DNA of 62,593 nucleotides. Source: Actinomycetota bacterium. Its GTDB lineage: Bacteria > Actinomycetota > UBA4738 > HRBIN12. Shown here in pieces: positions 49,576 through 58,352 of this stretch. The notes beneath the pieces are model-generated. The model saw nothing but the letters and a program-made list of their open reading frames with translations, was not told the DNA's origin and made no database searches. Made by a program: the position numbers and the translations under genes. Location of the stretch: positions 1 through 62,593 of the forward strand of contig JBKOWM010000002.1 of assembly GCA_046724395.1 (NCBI GenBank), in the 5' to 3' direction. Numbering within the stretch: position 1 is the first letter of the stretch; every line of letters starts with the position of its first letter.

Positions 49576-51594
49576 ATGCCCCGGCGCGAGCACCTCTTCC
49601 TTCGGATGCGCGACGGCGTGCGGCTGCACGCGACGCTCTATCGTCCCGACGCGGGCGGCCCGTGGCCCGCGCTGCTCGAGGCGCTCCCGTATCGCAAGGA
49701 CGATCTGACCGCGCGGTACCGCCACGAGTACGAGCGGTTCGCCGGGCACGGCTACGCCGTCCTGCGCGTCGACGTGCGCGGAACGGGAACCAGCGAGGGT
49801 TCGGCACTCGATGAGTACCCGCCGATCGAGCAGGAGGACCTCAACGAGGTCATCGACTGGCTCGCGTCGCGCGCGTGGTCGAACGGCAACGTGGGGATGT
49901 TCGGAACGTCGTATTCGGGGTTCAACGCGGTCCAGGTCGCGATGACACGTCCCGAAGCCCTCAAGGCGATCGTCACGATCTTTGCGACCGACGACCGCTA
50001 TACCTACGACGACGTCCATTACTTCGGCGGGGCGCTCAAGGCGCTCGACCTTTGCGACTACCCCGTCATGATGGCCGCCATGAACGCCCTCCCCCCGGTG
50101 CCGTCTCTGTTCGGCGAGGGGTGGCGGGCCGAGTGGGAGCGGCGCGTACGCGAGAACGAGCCGTGGCTGCTTCGCTGGCTCGAGGAACAGAACTACGGCG
50201 AGTACTGGAAGCACGGGTCGCTGCGCGAGGATTACGCGTCGATCCGCGCAGCGACGATGATCGTCTCCGGCTGGGCCGACGGCTACTGGAAGGACGCGCT
50301 CAACGTCCTCGCACGGCTGGAGTGTCCCAAGCGGCTGATCCAGGGGCCGTGGGCGCACGCTTCGACCGAGACGTCGCTGCCCGGGCCGAACATCGACCTC
50401 GTTCCCGAGATGGTCCGATGGTGGGACCGGTGGCTGAAGCAAGAGGACAACGGGGTGGATCGCGAACCGGCGATCGTGTTGTTCGCGCGGCGGTCGACGC
50501 GCCCGGCGCCCGATCTTGGACAGGTGCGCGGCGAGTGGCGCTTCGAACCGCGATGGCCGCTGGATCGGGGGGGCGAGATGATGCTCGAGCTCGCAAAGGC
50601 GGATCGCGCCGGCGCGGCCGGCCACGGACGTGACGAGCTCGAGGTGCGCGGCGACGTCGGGTGGACGGCGTGGATCAGCTGCGCGGGTCATCTACCGTAC
50701 GGACAGCCACTCGACCAACGACCCGACGAGGCGTTTTCGCTCGGGTACGTGTGGGAGCCGCTCGACTCGGAACTCGAGATCCTCGGCAGCCCACGGCTCG
50801 ACGTGACGGTGACATCGGACCGACCCGTCGCGTTCCTGTCGGCCAAGCTCGTCGACGTGTTCGCCGACGGCACGTCGGCGCTCGCCGGCCGGGCGTTCCT
50901 CAACCTGACCCACCGGAGCTCTCATGAACGACCCGTGCCCCTCGAGCCCGGCGCGCCCACGCGCGTTTCGGTGCCTTTCACGCTCACGTCGTGGACGTTC
51001 GAGCGCGGCCACCGAGTCCGCCTCGACGTCGCGGGAACCGACTGGCCGAACGCGTGGTCCCCGCCGGAGCCGGTGACGCTGTCGATCGACGTGAGCGACG
51101 CGACGCTCACGCTCCCGACGCTCGACGGCCCGTCCCCCATCGCCGGGCGCCCAAGGCTCGCGCCGCCGACGGGCGGGGCGCGCCAGGAAATCTACGAGCC
51201 GCGCTCGGCGGATCACCCGCCCACCGCCTCGCGCGGGCGCGAGCGGCCGGACGGCATCGACTGGAAGATCGAGCACGACGTGCTCGAGCACAGGACGACC
51301 GTCACCTCGGCGAGCTGGGGGACGTCGGCGGCCGGAGACGACATCCCGGAGACCTACGAGCGGTACGGCGGGACAGTGAGCGTCTCGACGGTCGATCCCG
51401 GGGACGCGCGTGTCGATGCGCGGTCGGTCATCCGCATCGTCTATCCGGAGGCAACGGTCGAGAGCGAGGCGCAGTACTCCGTGGTTAGCGACGCCAAGAC
51501 GTACCGGGTCGAGATCGAGATCGACGTCGGCGAGGGCGGCGAGCGCCGGTGGTCACGCCGGTGGGAGCGTTCGATCCCGCGCCGCCTCCAGTGA
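49576..51594 (+). CDS. CocE/NonD-family hydrolase (S15 X-Pro dipeptidyl-peptidase fold)
   Basis: MRDGVRLHATLYRP...YAVLRVDVRGTGTSEG...NGNVGMFGTSYSGFNAVQVA. Confidence 0.9.
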   Translation: MPRREHLFLRMRDGVRLHATLYRPDAGGPWPALLEALPYRKDDLTARYRHEYERFAGHGYAVLRVDVRGTGTSEGSALDEYPPIEQEDLNEVIDWLASRAWSNGNVGMFGTSYSGFNAVQVAMTRPEALKAIVTIFATDDRYTYDDVHYFGGALKALDLCDYPVMMAAMNALPPVPSLFGEGWRAEWERRVRENEPWLLRWLEEQNYGEYWKHGSLREDYASIRAATMIVSGWADGYWKDALNVLARLECPKRLIQGPWAHASTETSLPGPNIDLVPEMVRWWDRWLKQEDNGVDREPAIVLFARRSTRPAPDLGQVRGEWRFEPRWPLDRGGEMMLELAKADRAGAAGHGRDELEVRGDVGWTAWISCAGHLPYGQPLDQRPDEAFSLGYVWEPLDSELEILGSPRLDVTVTSDRPVAFLSAKLVDVFADGTSALAGRAFLNLTHRSSHERPVPLEPGAPTRVSVPFTLTSWTFERGHRVRLDVAGTDWPNAWSPPEPVTLSIDVSDATLTLPTLDGPSPIAGRPRLAPPTGGARQEIYEPRSADHPPTASRGRERPDGIDWKIEHDVLEHRTTVTSASWGTSAAGDDIPETYERYGGTVSVSTVDPGDARVDARSVIRIVYPEATVESEAQYSVVSDAKTYRVEIEIDVGEGGERRWSRRWERSIPRRLQ

Positions 51595-51611
51595 CATAGC
51601 GCGCATAAGCG

Positions 51612-52214
51612 TCAACGGGCGACGGCCATCCGGATCGCGAGGGAAACCCGCGTTCCGCTCTTGGGTCCGGGGATCGAGTGGAACGGCCGACCGTCGCGGA
51701 CGCCGGCGAGACCCGGCGCCCGCATCAGCGTGATGCCGCCGGCCTCGGCCGTCCAGGTAGCCGCGGCGGAGGCGTCGCGGGTCGAGTGGACCGAGAACGG
51801 CGCCGTACCGCGCACGGTCACGACGGCGACGAGCCGGCGGTACCACTTGCCATCCATGTGCGCGCTGATGCCCATCGCTCCCGGGCGATACCGAACGGCG
51901 CCGGCTTCGTTCGGCCGCCAAGTCCGGAGCCCGCGAATGGCGGCGCCGTCGCGGTGGACGACGACCTCGAGGTCGTGACGAAGCGCGGCGATGGCGGGGA
52001 ACCCGGCCATCGGCATGTCGACGTCGAACCCCTCGATCTGCATCCGCACCGCGCCATCCGGTTCGTCGAATCGTTGCCAGGGCCCGCCGTCGATCTCGCT
52101 GCCGAGTGAATCACGAAACGACGCGGCGAGCGCATCGGGCACGTACGCATACCCGCGCTCCGCTGTGCAGTGGAGCGCCTCCGTCAACGAGAGACCATCC
52201 GCGAAGACGTTCAT
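51612..52214 (-). CDS. Small hypothetical protein with a 2OG-Fe(II) oxygenase-like HxD...H...RxS pattern
   Basis: ISAHMDG, RPFHSIPG and RVSLAIR occur in the order expected for a double-stranded beta-helix dioxygenase. ATG at 52212-52214 overlaps the CPBP TGA (ATGA). This is inference from motifs only. Confidence 0.55.
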   Translation of the reverse strand: MNVFADGLSLTEALHCTAERGYAYVPDALAASFRDSLGSEIDGGPWQRFDEPDGAVRMQIEGFDVDMPMAGFPAIAALRHDLEVVVHRDGAAIRGLRTWRPNEAGAVRYRPGAMGISAHMDGKWYRRLVAVVTVRGTAPFSVHSTRDASAAATWTAEAGGITLMRAPGLAGVRDGRPFHSIPGPKSGTRVSLAIRMAVAR

Positions 52215-52960
52215 CGAAGCCCGGCCAGAGAGAACCCCGGCAGATGCCGACGGAACAAGATGTAGCCGACGCCGGCGCCGACGTCGAGAAGCGTGTGCGC
52301 GATGACGAGCGGCCAGGCGCGGCGGGTTCGCACGAAGACGAGTCCGAACAGCAGGCCCATCGCCAGGTTCCCGAGGAACCCGCCCCACCCCTGATACAGG
52401 TGGTACGAGCCGCGCAGCCCCGCCGCCAGCGCGATCGCCGCCGGGGCGGACAGGCTCAGCTGGCGGAGCCTCGTGATGAGGTACGCGGCGATGATCTCCT
52501 CGAGGACGCCGGCTCCGAGGGCATCGAGGACGAGCACCGGGACCGTCCACCAGTGGCCGAGCGGCGGCGCCGGCACGACGAACCGGTTCACGCCGAGCGC
52601 AACGGACCCCAGGTAGATCCCGAGACCGCCGAGGCCCACGACGACGAACAGCGCGAGCCCAAGAAGCGCGTCGCGCCGGGGCTGCTGGAGGTCCAGACCG
52701 ATCGCGGCGACGCCCTCACCCGAGCGCTGGAGCAGATACACGACGAGCCACGCCGGGGCGAGCCCGAACACGAAGCCCGCGATCTGCCGCGCGAGCAGGG
52801 TGCTCTGATCAGCGGCAAACACGGTGACGCCGCGGATCGGCGCCGACAGGAGGTCGATCAGCGCGAAGACGGCGCTTGCGAGCAGAGAGAGCGAGAGGAC
52901 GACGAGGATCTCCTCGACGAGCAGCCGCCGCTCCCGGACCTCGAGGCTCATCGCCGACAC
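52211..52960 (-). CDS. CPBP-family intramembrane glutamic endopeptidase (CAAX protease / Abi-like)
   Basis: Polytopic 249 aa with GVLEEIIAAYLITR, GSYHLYQG and IAHTLLDVG motifs. Confidence 0.85.
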   Translation of the reverse strand: MSAMSLEVRERRLLVEEILVVLSLSLLASAVFALIDLLSAPIRGVTVFAADQSTLLARQIAGFVFGLAPAWLVVYLLQRSGEGVAAIGLDLQQPRRDALLGLALFVVVGLGGLGIYLGSVALGVNRFVVPAPPLGHWWTVPVLVLDALGAGVLEEIIAAYLITRLRQLSLSAPAAIALAAGLRGSYHLYQGWGGFLGNLAMGLLFGLVFVRTRRAWPLVIAHTLLDVGAGVGYILFRRHLPGFSLAGLR

Positions 52961-53012
52961 GCTACCCCGGAGCCCGGATACACTGCGGCGCCTTCGAGAT
53001 CGAGGGGGGCGC

Positions 53013-54224
53013 GTGGGGCGCGAGACGGCGGACGTCGTGATCGTCGGCGGAGGGACGGTCGGCGGCTGGGCCTCGGTGTTCGCGAGAGAGCACGGCGCCG
53101 AGCGCGTCGTGGTCCTCGAGAAGGGGGTCGTCGGTCAGGGGGCCAGCAGCCGCGCCGCGGGCGTCGTTCGCGCGCAGGGCGGCACGCCGGAGACGGTCGC
53201 GCTTGGACGATGGTCGATCGACTTCTACCGGCGACAGCGGGACGCATACGGCACGGATTCCGGCTTCCGCGAGCTGGGCTACCTGATCCTCGCCGTGTCG
53301 AAGGGCGACGAACGCGCGGGGCGCGAACGCGTCGAGATGCAGCGCGCCGCCGGTCTCGAGGTGGAGTGGCTCTCCGCCGAGCAGGCCGTCGCCGTGAACC
53401 CGACGCTCGCCCCGGCCGCACACCGCGGCGGCTCGTATGCGTCCGCCGACGGTTGCATCGATCCGCCGAGGAACGTCCGGGCGTACTCGCTCGCGATGCA
53501 GCGGTGCGGGGTGGACGTCCGCGAGCGCACGCGGTTCGTGGGCGTCGCCACGCGCTCGCGAGGAACCGGATCGACGATGCTGACGGGCGTCGAGACGTCG
53601 AACGGCACGATCGCGACCGAGCGGCTCGTCCTCACCGGCGGACCCCAGCTGCGAGACGTCGGACGACCGCTCGGCCTTCGGATCCCGGCCGGCGGCGCCC
53701 GGCATCAGGTGGTCGTGTCCGAGCCACATCCCGCGTTCGACGTCGACCGGCTGCCGATGGTCTTCGACCTCGGTGCAGGCCTGTACTGGCGGCTCGAGGA
53801 GGGCGGGCTGCTCTGGGGCATGAGCAATCCGAACGAGTCGCCGGGGCGCGCGCGGGCGATCGACTGGACGTATCTGCGATCGATGCGCCGTCGCCTCGCC
53901 AGGTTCGTGCCGGTCACGAAGGACCTCGGCATCCGCAAGGCGTGGGCGGCGACGATCGACTACACCTCCGACCACCTCCCGATCCTCGGCCCGGCGCTCC
54001 GGCCCGACGACTCTACGATCGACGGCGTGACGATCGCGTCGCCGGGGGGACACGGCATGATGTGGGGTCCGGCGGTCGCCAGGATCGCCGCGGACGTGTG
54101 CCTGAACGGGAAGACGTCGGTGACCGATGTGAGCGACTTCGGCCTCGATCGGTTCGACGCAGACGGGAAGTCGCGCTTCTACGATCCGGTCGCGCTGCCG
54201 TTTCCGGTGTCGTTCGACGACTGA
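53013..54224 (+). CDS. FAD-dependent oxidoreductase (DAO / sarcosine oxidase beta-like)
   Basis: GAGGGGGG-N3-GTG at 53013, then DVVIVGGGTVGGWASVFAREHG (GxGxxG). The ORF-track start at 52824 would overlap the divergent CPBP gene. Confidence 0.85.
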   Translation: MGRETADVVIVGGGTVGGWASVFAREHGAERVVVLEKGVVGQGASSRAAGVVRAQGGTPETVALGRWSIDFYRRQRDAYGTDSGFRELGYLILAVSKGDERAGRERVEMQRAAGLEVEWLSAEQAVAVNPTLAPAAHRGGSYASADGCIDPPRNVRAYSLAMQRCGVDVRERTRFVGVATRSRGTGSTMLTGVETSNGTIATERLVLTGGPQLRDVGRPLGLRIPAGGARHQVVVSEPHPAFDVDRLPMVFDLGAGLYWRLEEGGLLWGMSNPNESPGRARAIDWTYLRSMRRRLARFVPVTKDLGIRKAWAATIDYTSDHLPILGPALRPDDSTIDGVTIASPGGHGMMWGPAVARIAADVCLNGKTSVTDVSDFGLDRFDADGKSRFYDPVALPFPVSFDD

Positions 54225-54263
54225 GAGGAGGAGCCCGTCTCCGCCACGACGACGCCGTTCGAC

Positions 54264-55064
54264 CTGTCGGGCCACACTGCGATCGTCACGGGCGCCAACC
54301 ACGGCATCGGCGCGGCGATCGCGCACGGTCTGGCCGCCTCGGGTGCGGCAGTGCTCGTCACGTACCTCCGGTTGAACCGGGAGCCCGATCCCGAGATGCC
54401 CTCAGCGTACGCCGACCGCAGAACCCGAACCGCTGACCCGCTCATCGAGTCGATCGCACGCCTCGGCGGCCGCGCTCGTGCCGTCGAGGCCGATCTCCGC
54501 GATGCGTCGTCGGCGCCGATGCTGTTCGAGGTGGCGGAGGACGCCTTTGGCCCCGTCGACATCCTCGTGAACAACGCCTCCGCATGGGCGACGGACACGT
54601 TCTCGCAACCGACCACGGATCGGCTCGGTCGTTCGCTGACACGCGTCACATCCGAAACGATCGACGAGGTGTTCTCGGTCGACGCCAAGGCCTCCGCCCT
54701 GCTGATCTCCGAGTTCGCGGCTCGGCACATCGGGCGTGGACGCACGTGGGGACGGATCATCGCGCTGACCTCGGGTGGGCCGCTGGGGTTTCCCGAGGAG
54801 GTCTCGTACGGCGCCGCGAAGGCGGCGCTCGAGAACTACACGATGTCGGCGGCGTTCGAGCTGGCGCCGCACGGCGTCACGGCGAACGCCGTCCACCCTC
54901 CCGTGACCGACACGGGATGGGTGACGCCGACGGTCCGTGAAATGGTCCGCGGCAGCGATGAGCTTCTCCACATCGCCTCGCCGGAGCAGGTCGCGGAGGT
55001 CGTCGTGTTCTTGTCCTCGGACGCGGCGCGGCTCGTAACAGCGAACGTCATCCACCTCCGATGA
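54264..55064 (+). CDS. Short-chain dehydrogenase/reductase (SDR); start unresolved (CTG 54264 or ACG 54246)
   Basis: TAIVTGANHGIGAA (54276-54317) lies upstream of the first canonical start (GTG 54351). Also NNASAW and YGAAKAAL. The reading frame is continuous with the TGA of the preceding gene. Confidence 0.8.
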   Translation: MSGHTAIVTGANHGIGAAIAHGLAASGAAVLVTYLRLNREPDPEMPSAYADRRTRTADPLIESIARLGGRARAVEADLRDASSAPMLFEVAEDAFGPVDILVNNASAWATDTFSQPTTDRLGRSLTRVTSETIDEVFSVDAKASALLISEFAARHIGRGRTWGRIIALTSGGPLGFPEEVSYGAAKAALENYTMSAAFELAPHGVTANAVHPPVTDTGWVTPTVREMVRGSDELLHIASPEQVAEVVVFLSSDAARLVTANVIHLR

Positions 55065-55082
55065 CGTTACGACCCTCACCGG

Positions 55083-55622
55083 TCACCAGACGTCGCCCAC
55101 TCGCCACTCGCAGCTGAGCCCGGCATCGACATCCAGGTCGGCGGGCGTCCGCGGCGTCCACAGGATCATGACGTTGCCGTCTTCCTCCGGCGTCCGGACC
55201 TCGCCGTTCGCGGTTCGGCAGGAAGTGGGACCGCGCCACCGATGCCATCCCAGCCTCTCGTAGAAACCGTGCGATCCGGTATCGAGCGCCCCGAGCTCGT
55301 ACGTCCGTTCGATGTGCTCGTTCGCCGCGCGCATGGCTCGCGTTGCGAGCCCTCGGGCCTGCAGCTCCGGCGACGTTGCGACAGCCTCGACATAACCGGT
55401 GTCGAGCGCATGCGCGGGCGTCCGAAGGTCGCGCCGCACGACGGACGCATGCGAGGCAATGCGTCCGTCGACTTCGACGACGAAATGAACCCCGCCGGAC
55501 ATGTTCTTCCAGTCCGCGTCGGAGAAACCGTCGTCTGCCCAGGCTGCCGCGAACAAGGCACGCATCTGCTCGAGGTCGGGAGGCGTCAGCTCGGCCGTAC
55601 CGCAGACGCGAAGGGAGATCAC
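55083..55622 (-). CDS. aac(2'): Aminoglycoside 2'-N-acetyltransferase AAC(2')-I-like GNAT
   Basis: 179 aa. Appears collinear, from my recollection of the mycobacterial AAC(2')-Ic sequence: GYVEAVATSP, LGALDTGS, WRGPTS, VRTPEEDGNVMIL, and C-terminal CEWRVGDVW (CDWRAGDVW as I recall it in Rv0262c). Confidence 0.82.
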   Translation of the reverse strand: MISLRVCGTAELTPPDLEQMRALFAAAWADDGFSDADWKNMSGGVHFVVEVDGRIASHASVVRRDLRTPAHALDTGYVEAVATSPELQARGLATRAMRAANEHIERTYELGALDTGSHGFYERLGWHRWRGPTSCRTANGEVRTPEEDGNVMILWTPRTPADLDVDAGLSCEWRVGDVW

Positions 55623-56323
55623 ACGAGCGACACGTCCACGAGGATCAGCTCGGAGGCGATGGAACCGTCGATCCTAACGACGGACTCGTCCGTGATCTGC
55701 GCCGCGTCCCCGGTCGTCATCCGGTCGCCATTCACCGACACGTCGCCATCGATGACGTAGAGATATGCGCCTCGGCCATCGGCGAGCGCGTGCTCGACGC
55801 GCACGCCGGGCGTGAGGTGCGACACGAACACGTGCGCCTCCTGATGCACGAGCACCGCGTCGCCGTCGTCGCCGCTGATCGCCCTCAGTAGCCGGTCCGT
55901 TCGATCCTCCGTCGTGAACACCTTCTGCTCGACGCCCGGCGGCAGTCCGCGCTCGTTCGGCATGATCCACAACTGGATGAAGCGCATCGGCTCGGTCTCC
56001 GATGCGTTCTGCTCCGAATGCCACGCGCCGGAGCCCAGGGTCATCCGTTGCACCGAGCCGGCGGGCAGCGGACCGGGCGAGCCGCCCACGTTGTCCTGAT
56101 GACGGAACGACCCCTCGACGACGTACGTGAGGCCCTCGATGTCGCGATGCGGATGCAGCGGCCAGATCGCTCCCGGGATGAGCCGATCGTCGTTGAACAC
56201 ACGCAGCGTCCCGAACTGCACGTACTCCGGGTCGTGGTACGTGTCGAAGGAGTAGTGCCACCGCGCCCGGAACCAGCCGCCTTCGACGTCGGAGATGTCG
56301 GCGTCTCGGCGAATCTTGATCAC
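55619..56323 (-). CDS. Pirin-family protein
   Basis: LRVFNDDRLIPGAIWPLHPHRDIEGLTYVVEG, bicupin length of 234 aa. TGA overlaps the aac(2') GTG (GTGA). Confidence 0.9.
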   Translation of the reverse strand: MIKIRRDADISDVEGGWFRARWHYSFDTYHDPEYVQFGTLRVFNDDRLIPGAIWPLHPHRDIEGLTYVVEGSFRHQDNVGGSPGPLPAGSVQRMTLGSGAWHSEQNASETEPMRFIQLWIMPNERGLPPGVEQKVFTTEDRTDRLLRAISGDDGDAVLVHQEAHVFVSHLTPGVRVEHALADGRGAYLYVIDGDVSVNGDRMTTGDAAQITDESVVRIDGSIASELILVDVSLV

Positions 56324-56324
56324 G

Positions 56325-56558
56325 TCAGAGCTGCAGGACGGGGCACGTGAGGGTGCGCGTCACGCCCTCGACGGACTGCACCGGCATGACGATCGCTTTC
56401 GCGAGCTCGTCGAGGTCCGCAGCCTCGCCGCGGGCGATCACGTCGTACGGGCCGGTGACGCCGTCGACCTGGCTGACTCCCTTGATTCCGCCGATCTCCC
56501 GGGTAACCGCGCTCGCCTTGCCGACCTCGGTCTGGATGAGGATGTATGCGCTCACCAT
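56325..56558 (-). CDS. Stand-alone Lrp/AsnC ligand-binding (RAM) domain protein
   Basis: 77 aa. MVSAYILIQTEVGKASAVTREIGGIKGVSQVDGVTGPYDVIARGEA. Confidence 0.8.
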   Translation of the reverse strand: MVSAYILIQTEVGKASAVTREIGGIKGVSQVDGVTGPYDVIARGEAADLDELAKAIVMPVQSVEGVTRTLTCPVLQL

Positions 56559-56620
56559 GTCGGTACCCCCTGGGTGGACGGTCCGGCCGGTATCGTACGC
56601 GAACGCTTGGAGCCCCTGCG

Positions 56621-56817
56621 AACGCGTTTCGTGTTGTCATCGAGGGTCTTCCCGACGACGTCTGCGTCGAGGTGCCAGCGCTCGTCGACAAGAACGGCGT
56701 GGCGCGCTCCTCGACGCCAACACCGCGGCCACGCTCACGACGTCAAGGATCGTCGAGCTGTGCGACGAGCTCATCGAGGCTCACCGCGACCTCATGCCCA
56801 AGGGCATCCGCTGGTAG
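56621..56817 (+). pseudogene. 3'-terminal relic of a GH4 glycosidase (MelA-type alpha-galactosidase)
   Basis: Two frames carry pieces resembling my recollection of the MelA C-terminus. VIEGLPDDVCVEVPALVDKNGVA resembles LITNLPQGCCVEVACLVDRNGIQ. LLDANTAATLTTSRIVELCDELIEAHRDLMPKGIRW* resembles MMDPHTAAVLGIDEIYALVDDLIAAHGDWLP. There is a frame change near 56700, an internal deletion, and no N-terminal roughly 380 aa. Confidence 0.5.
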
Positions 56818-56847
56818 CGTTCGCCGCGGCGGACATCCGCCGTCGGA

Positions 56848-58290
56848 TCACAGAACGACGGCGAGCGTGGCCGGCCCTCCCCTCGCGGGCATGAAGAACA
56901 GGAAGTTACCGCCGGTGTCGGAGCGGTCCGACGTGAAGAGCGCGAAGCGACCGTCCGGCGACCATCCGAAGGCACGATCCGCGGCCGGCTCCCCGCCCGT
57001 GAGCGGGTGCGTATGACGGCCGTCGACATCGGCAACCCAGACGTCGTCGGTGCCCAGGGCGTCCGATGAAAACAACAGCCGCCCCCCGCCGGGCGACACG
57101 TGCGGGTCCCAATCGTCGCCTCGCGAGTCGAGGATCGGGTGCGGATTCGCGCCGTGGGCGCCGACCTGCCAGATGTCGTGGTTCCCGGGTTCGTCGTCTG
57201 CCGCCGACGAATACACGATCGAAGAACCATCGGGACTCCACGAGGGTGAGAGGCTGTCGCCGTCGACGGTGATCCTGGTGAGCGCGCGCGTCGCCGCGTC
57301 GACGACGCGAACGTTCGTTCGTCGCCCGGACTCCTCGGTATAGAGGACCGTTCGACCGTCGGGCGACCACGACGGGAACGTCTCGTCGCCGAGGCCGTGC
57401 GTCAACCGGCGCAGTTTCACAGGCCGCATCGACGCGTCGAGCTCCATGACCCACACGTCGACCGTCCCGCGCCGATCGTCTCCGAACGCAATCCGTCGGC
57501 CGTCCGGGGACAGGTCGGCCCCGCTCGTCGCCGTCCCCGTGTCGGTGAGCTTGATGACGTCTGCTCCCCCGTCGCGGATCAGATACAGGTTCGCCGGTCC
57601 GTCCGGCCGCGCCGTGACGGCATAGTCACGGCGGCCCGGTAGCGGTGTCGTACGAAGCGGCCCGAACGCGGGAACCGTGGCGACCGCGACGGGCGGCACG
57701 ACGACGGCGACGACAAGCGGAAGGAATCGGAAGGAGGGTCGTCGCGACGCCGTGAACGCGGCGGCGCCGACGGCGCCGGCCAGCGTCGCGGCGGCGGTCC
57801 CGGCCGCGAGGAACTGCAGCGACGACATCTGCGGGAACCACCCGATCTCGAGCCGGACCGAGAGGATCGCGGCGATCAACCAGCCGAGACCCGCGATGAC
57901 GCCGAGCACCCCGTTCCTGGACTCGGCGATCGCGGCGCCCGACGAGTATTCCCGAACAATGCGCCATCCCGCAACGAACACGACGAACGCGATCACCGAA
58001 CCAGCGATGCCGACTCCGGGCGACGCGTAACCACGTCCCGCGAGCGTGACCAGCATGCCCGAGGACGCGTACACGAGGAACAACGCGGTCGCGACGAGCA
58101 TCAAGCCCACAGCGAGACCCAGCGGCGCCCGTCGCGCTCGTCCGCGATCCGTCCCCGACGGCGGCTGCGGCGGAGCGGGAACGGCCACGCCCACATCGGG
58201 CCGCGGCGGGACGCCGATCCACCCCCGGCACGCCGGACACCTCGCCGTTTCCACGTCGAGACGCATCGAGCATCCTGGACACGTAAGCAT
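56848..58290 (-). CDS. Zinc-ribbon, polytopic membrane region and TolB-like (PD40 repeat) beta-propeller protein
   Basis: MLTCPGCSMRLDVETARCPACRGW (CxxC...CxxC), about five hydrophobic helices, then repeats of SPDGRRIAF / SWSPDGRTVLY / SWSPDGSSIVY / VSPGGGRLLF / WSPDGRFALF. Confidence 0.8.
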   Translation of the reverse strand: MLTCPGCSMRLDVETARCPACRGWIGVPPRPDVGVAVPAPPQPPSGTDRGRARRAPLGLAVGLMLVATALFLVYASSGMLVTLAGRGYASPGVGIAGSVIAFVVFVAGWRIVREYSSGAAIAESRNGVLGVIAGLGWLIAAILSVRLEIGWFPQMSSLQFLAAGTAAATLAGAVGAAAFTASRRPSFRFLPLVVAVVVPPVAVATVPAFGPLRTTPLPGRRDYAVTARPDGPANLYLIRDGGADVIKLTDTGTATSGADLSPDGRRIAFGDDRRGTVDVWVMELDASMRPVKLRRLTHGLGDETFPSWSPDGRTVLYTEESGRRTNVRVVDAATRALTRITVDGDSLSPSWSPDGSSIVYSSAADDEPGNHDIWQVGAHGANPHPILDSRGDDWDPHVSPGGGRLLFSSDALGTDDVWVADVDGRHTHPLTGGEPAADRAFGWSPDGRFALFTSDRSDTGGNFLFFMPARGGPATLAVVL

Positions 58291-58352
58291 CGCAACCCCG
58301 AACCAGCGAACGCCTGATTTGTCGGCTTCGCCGGCAATCGGATTGAGCCCTA

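Noticed and set aside
52824-53012. Upstream ORF-track start for the FAD oxidoreductase
   Set aside because: It would overlap the divergent CPBP gene by more than 130 nt and adds Arg/Ser-rich sequence. GTG 53013 is preceded by GAGGGGGG and leads straight into the GxGxxG motif.
54222-54224. TGA as a selenocysteine codon joining the FAD oxidoreductase and the SDR
   Set aside because: No stem-loop resembling a bacterial SECIS lies immediately downstream. The residue would fall in a linker rather than an active site, and a strong SD overlaps the TGA.
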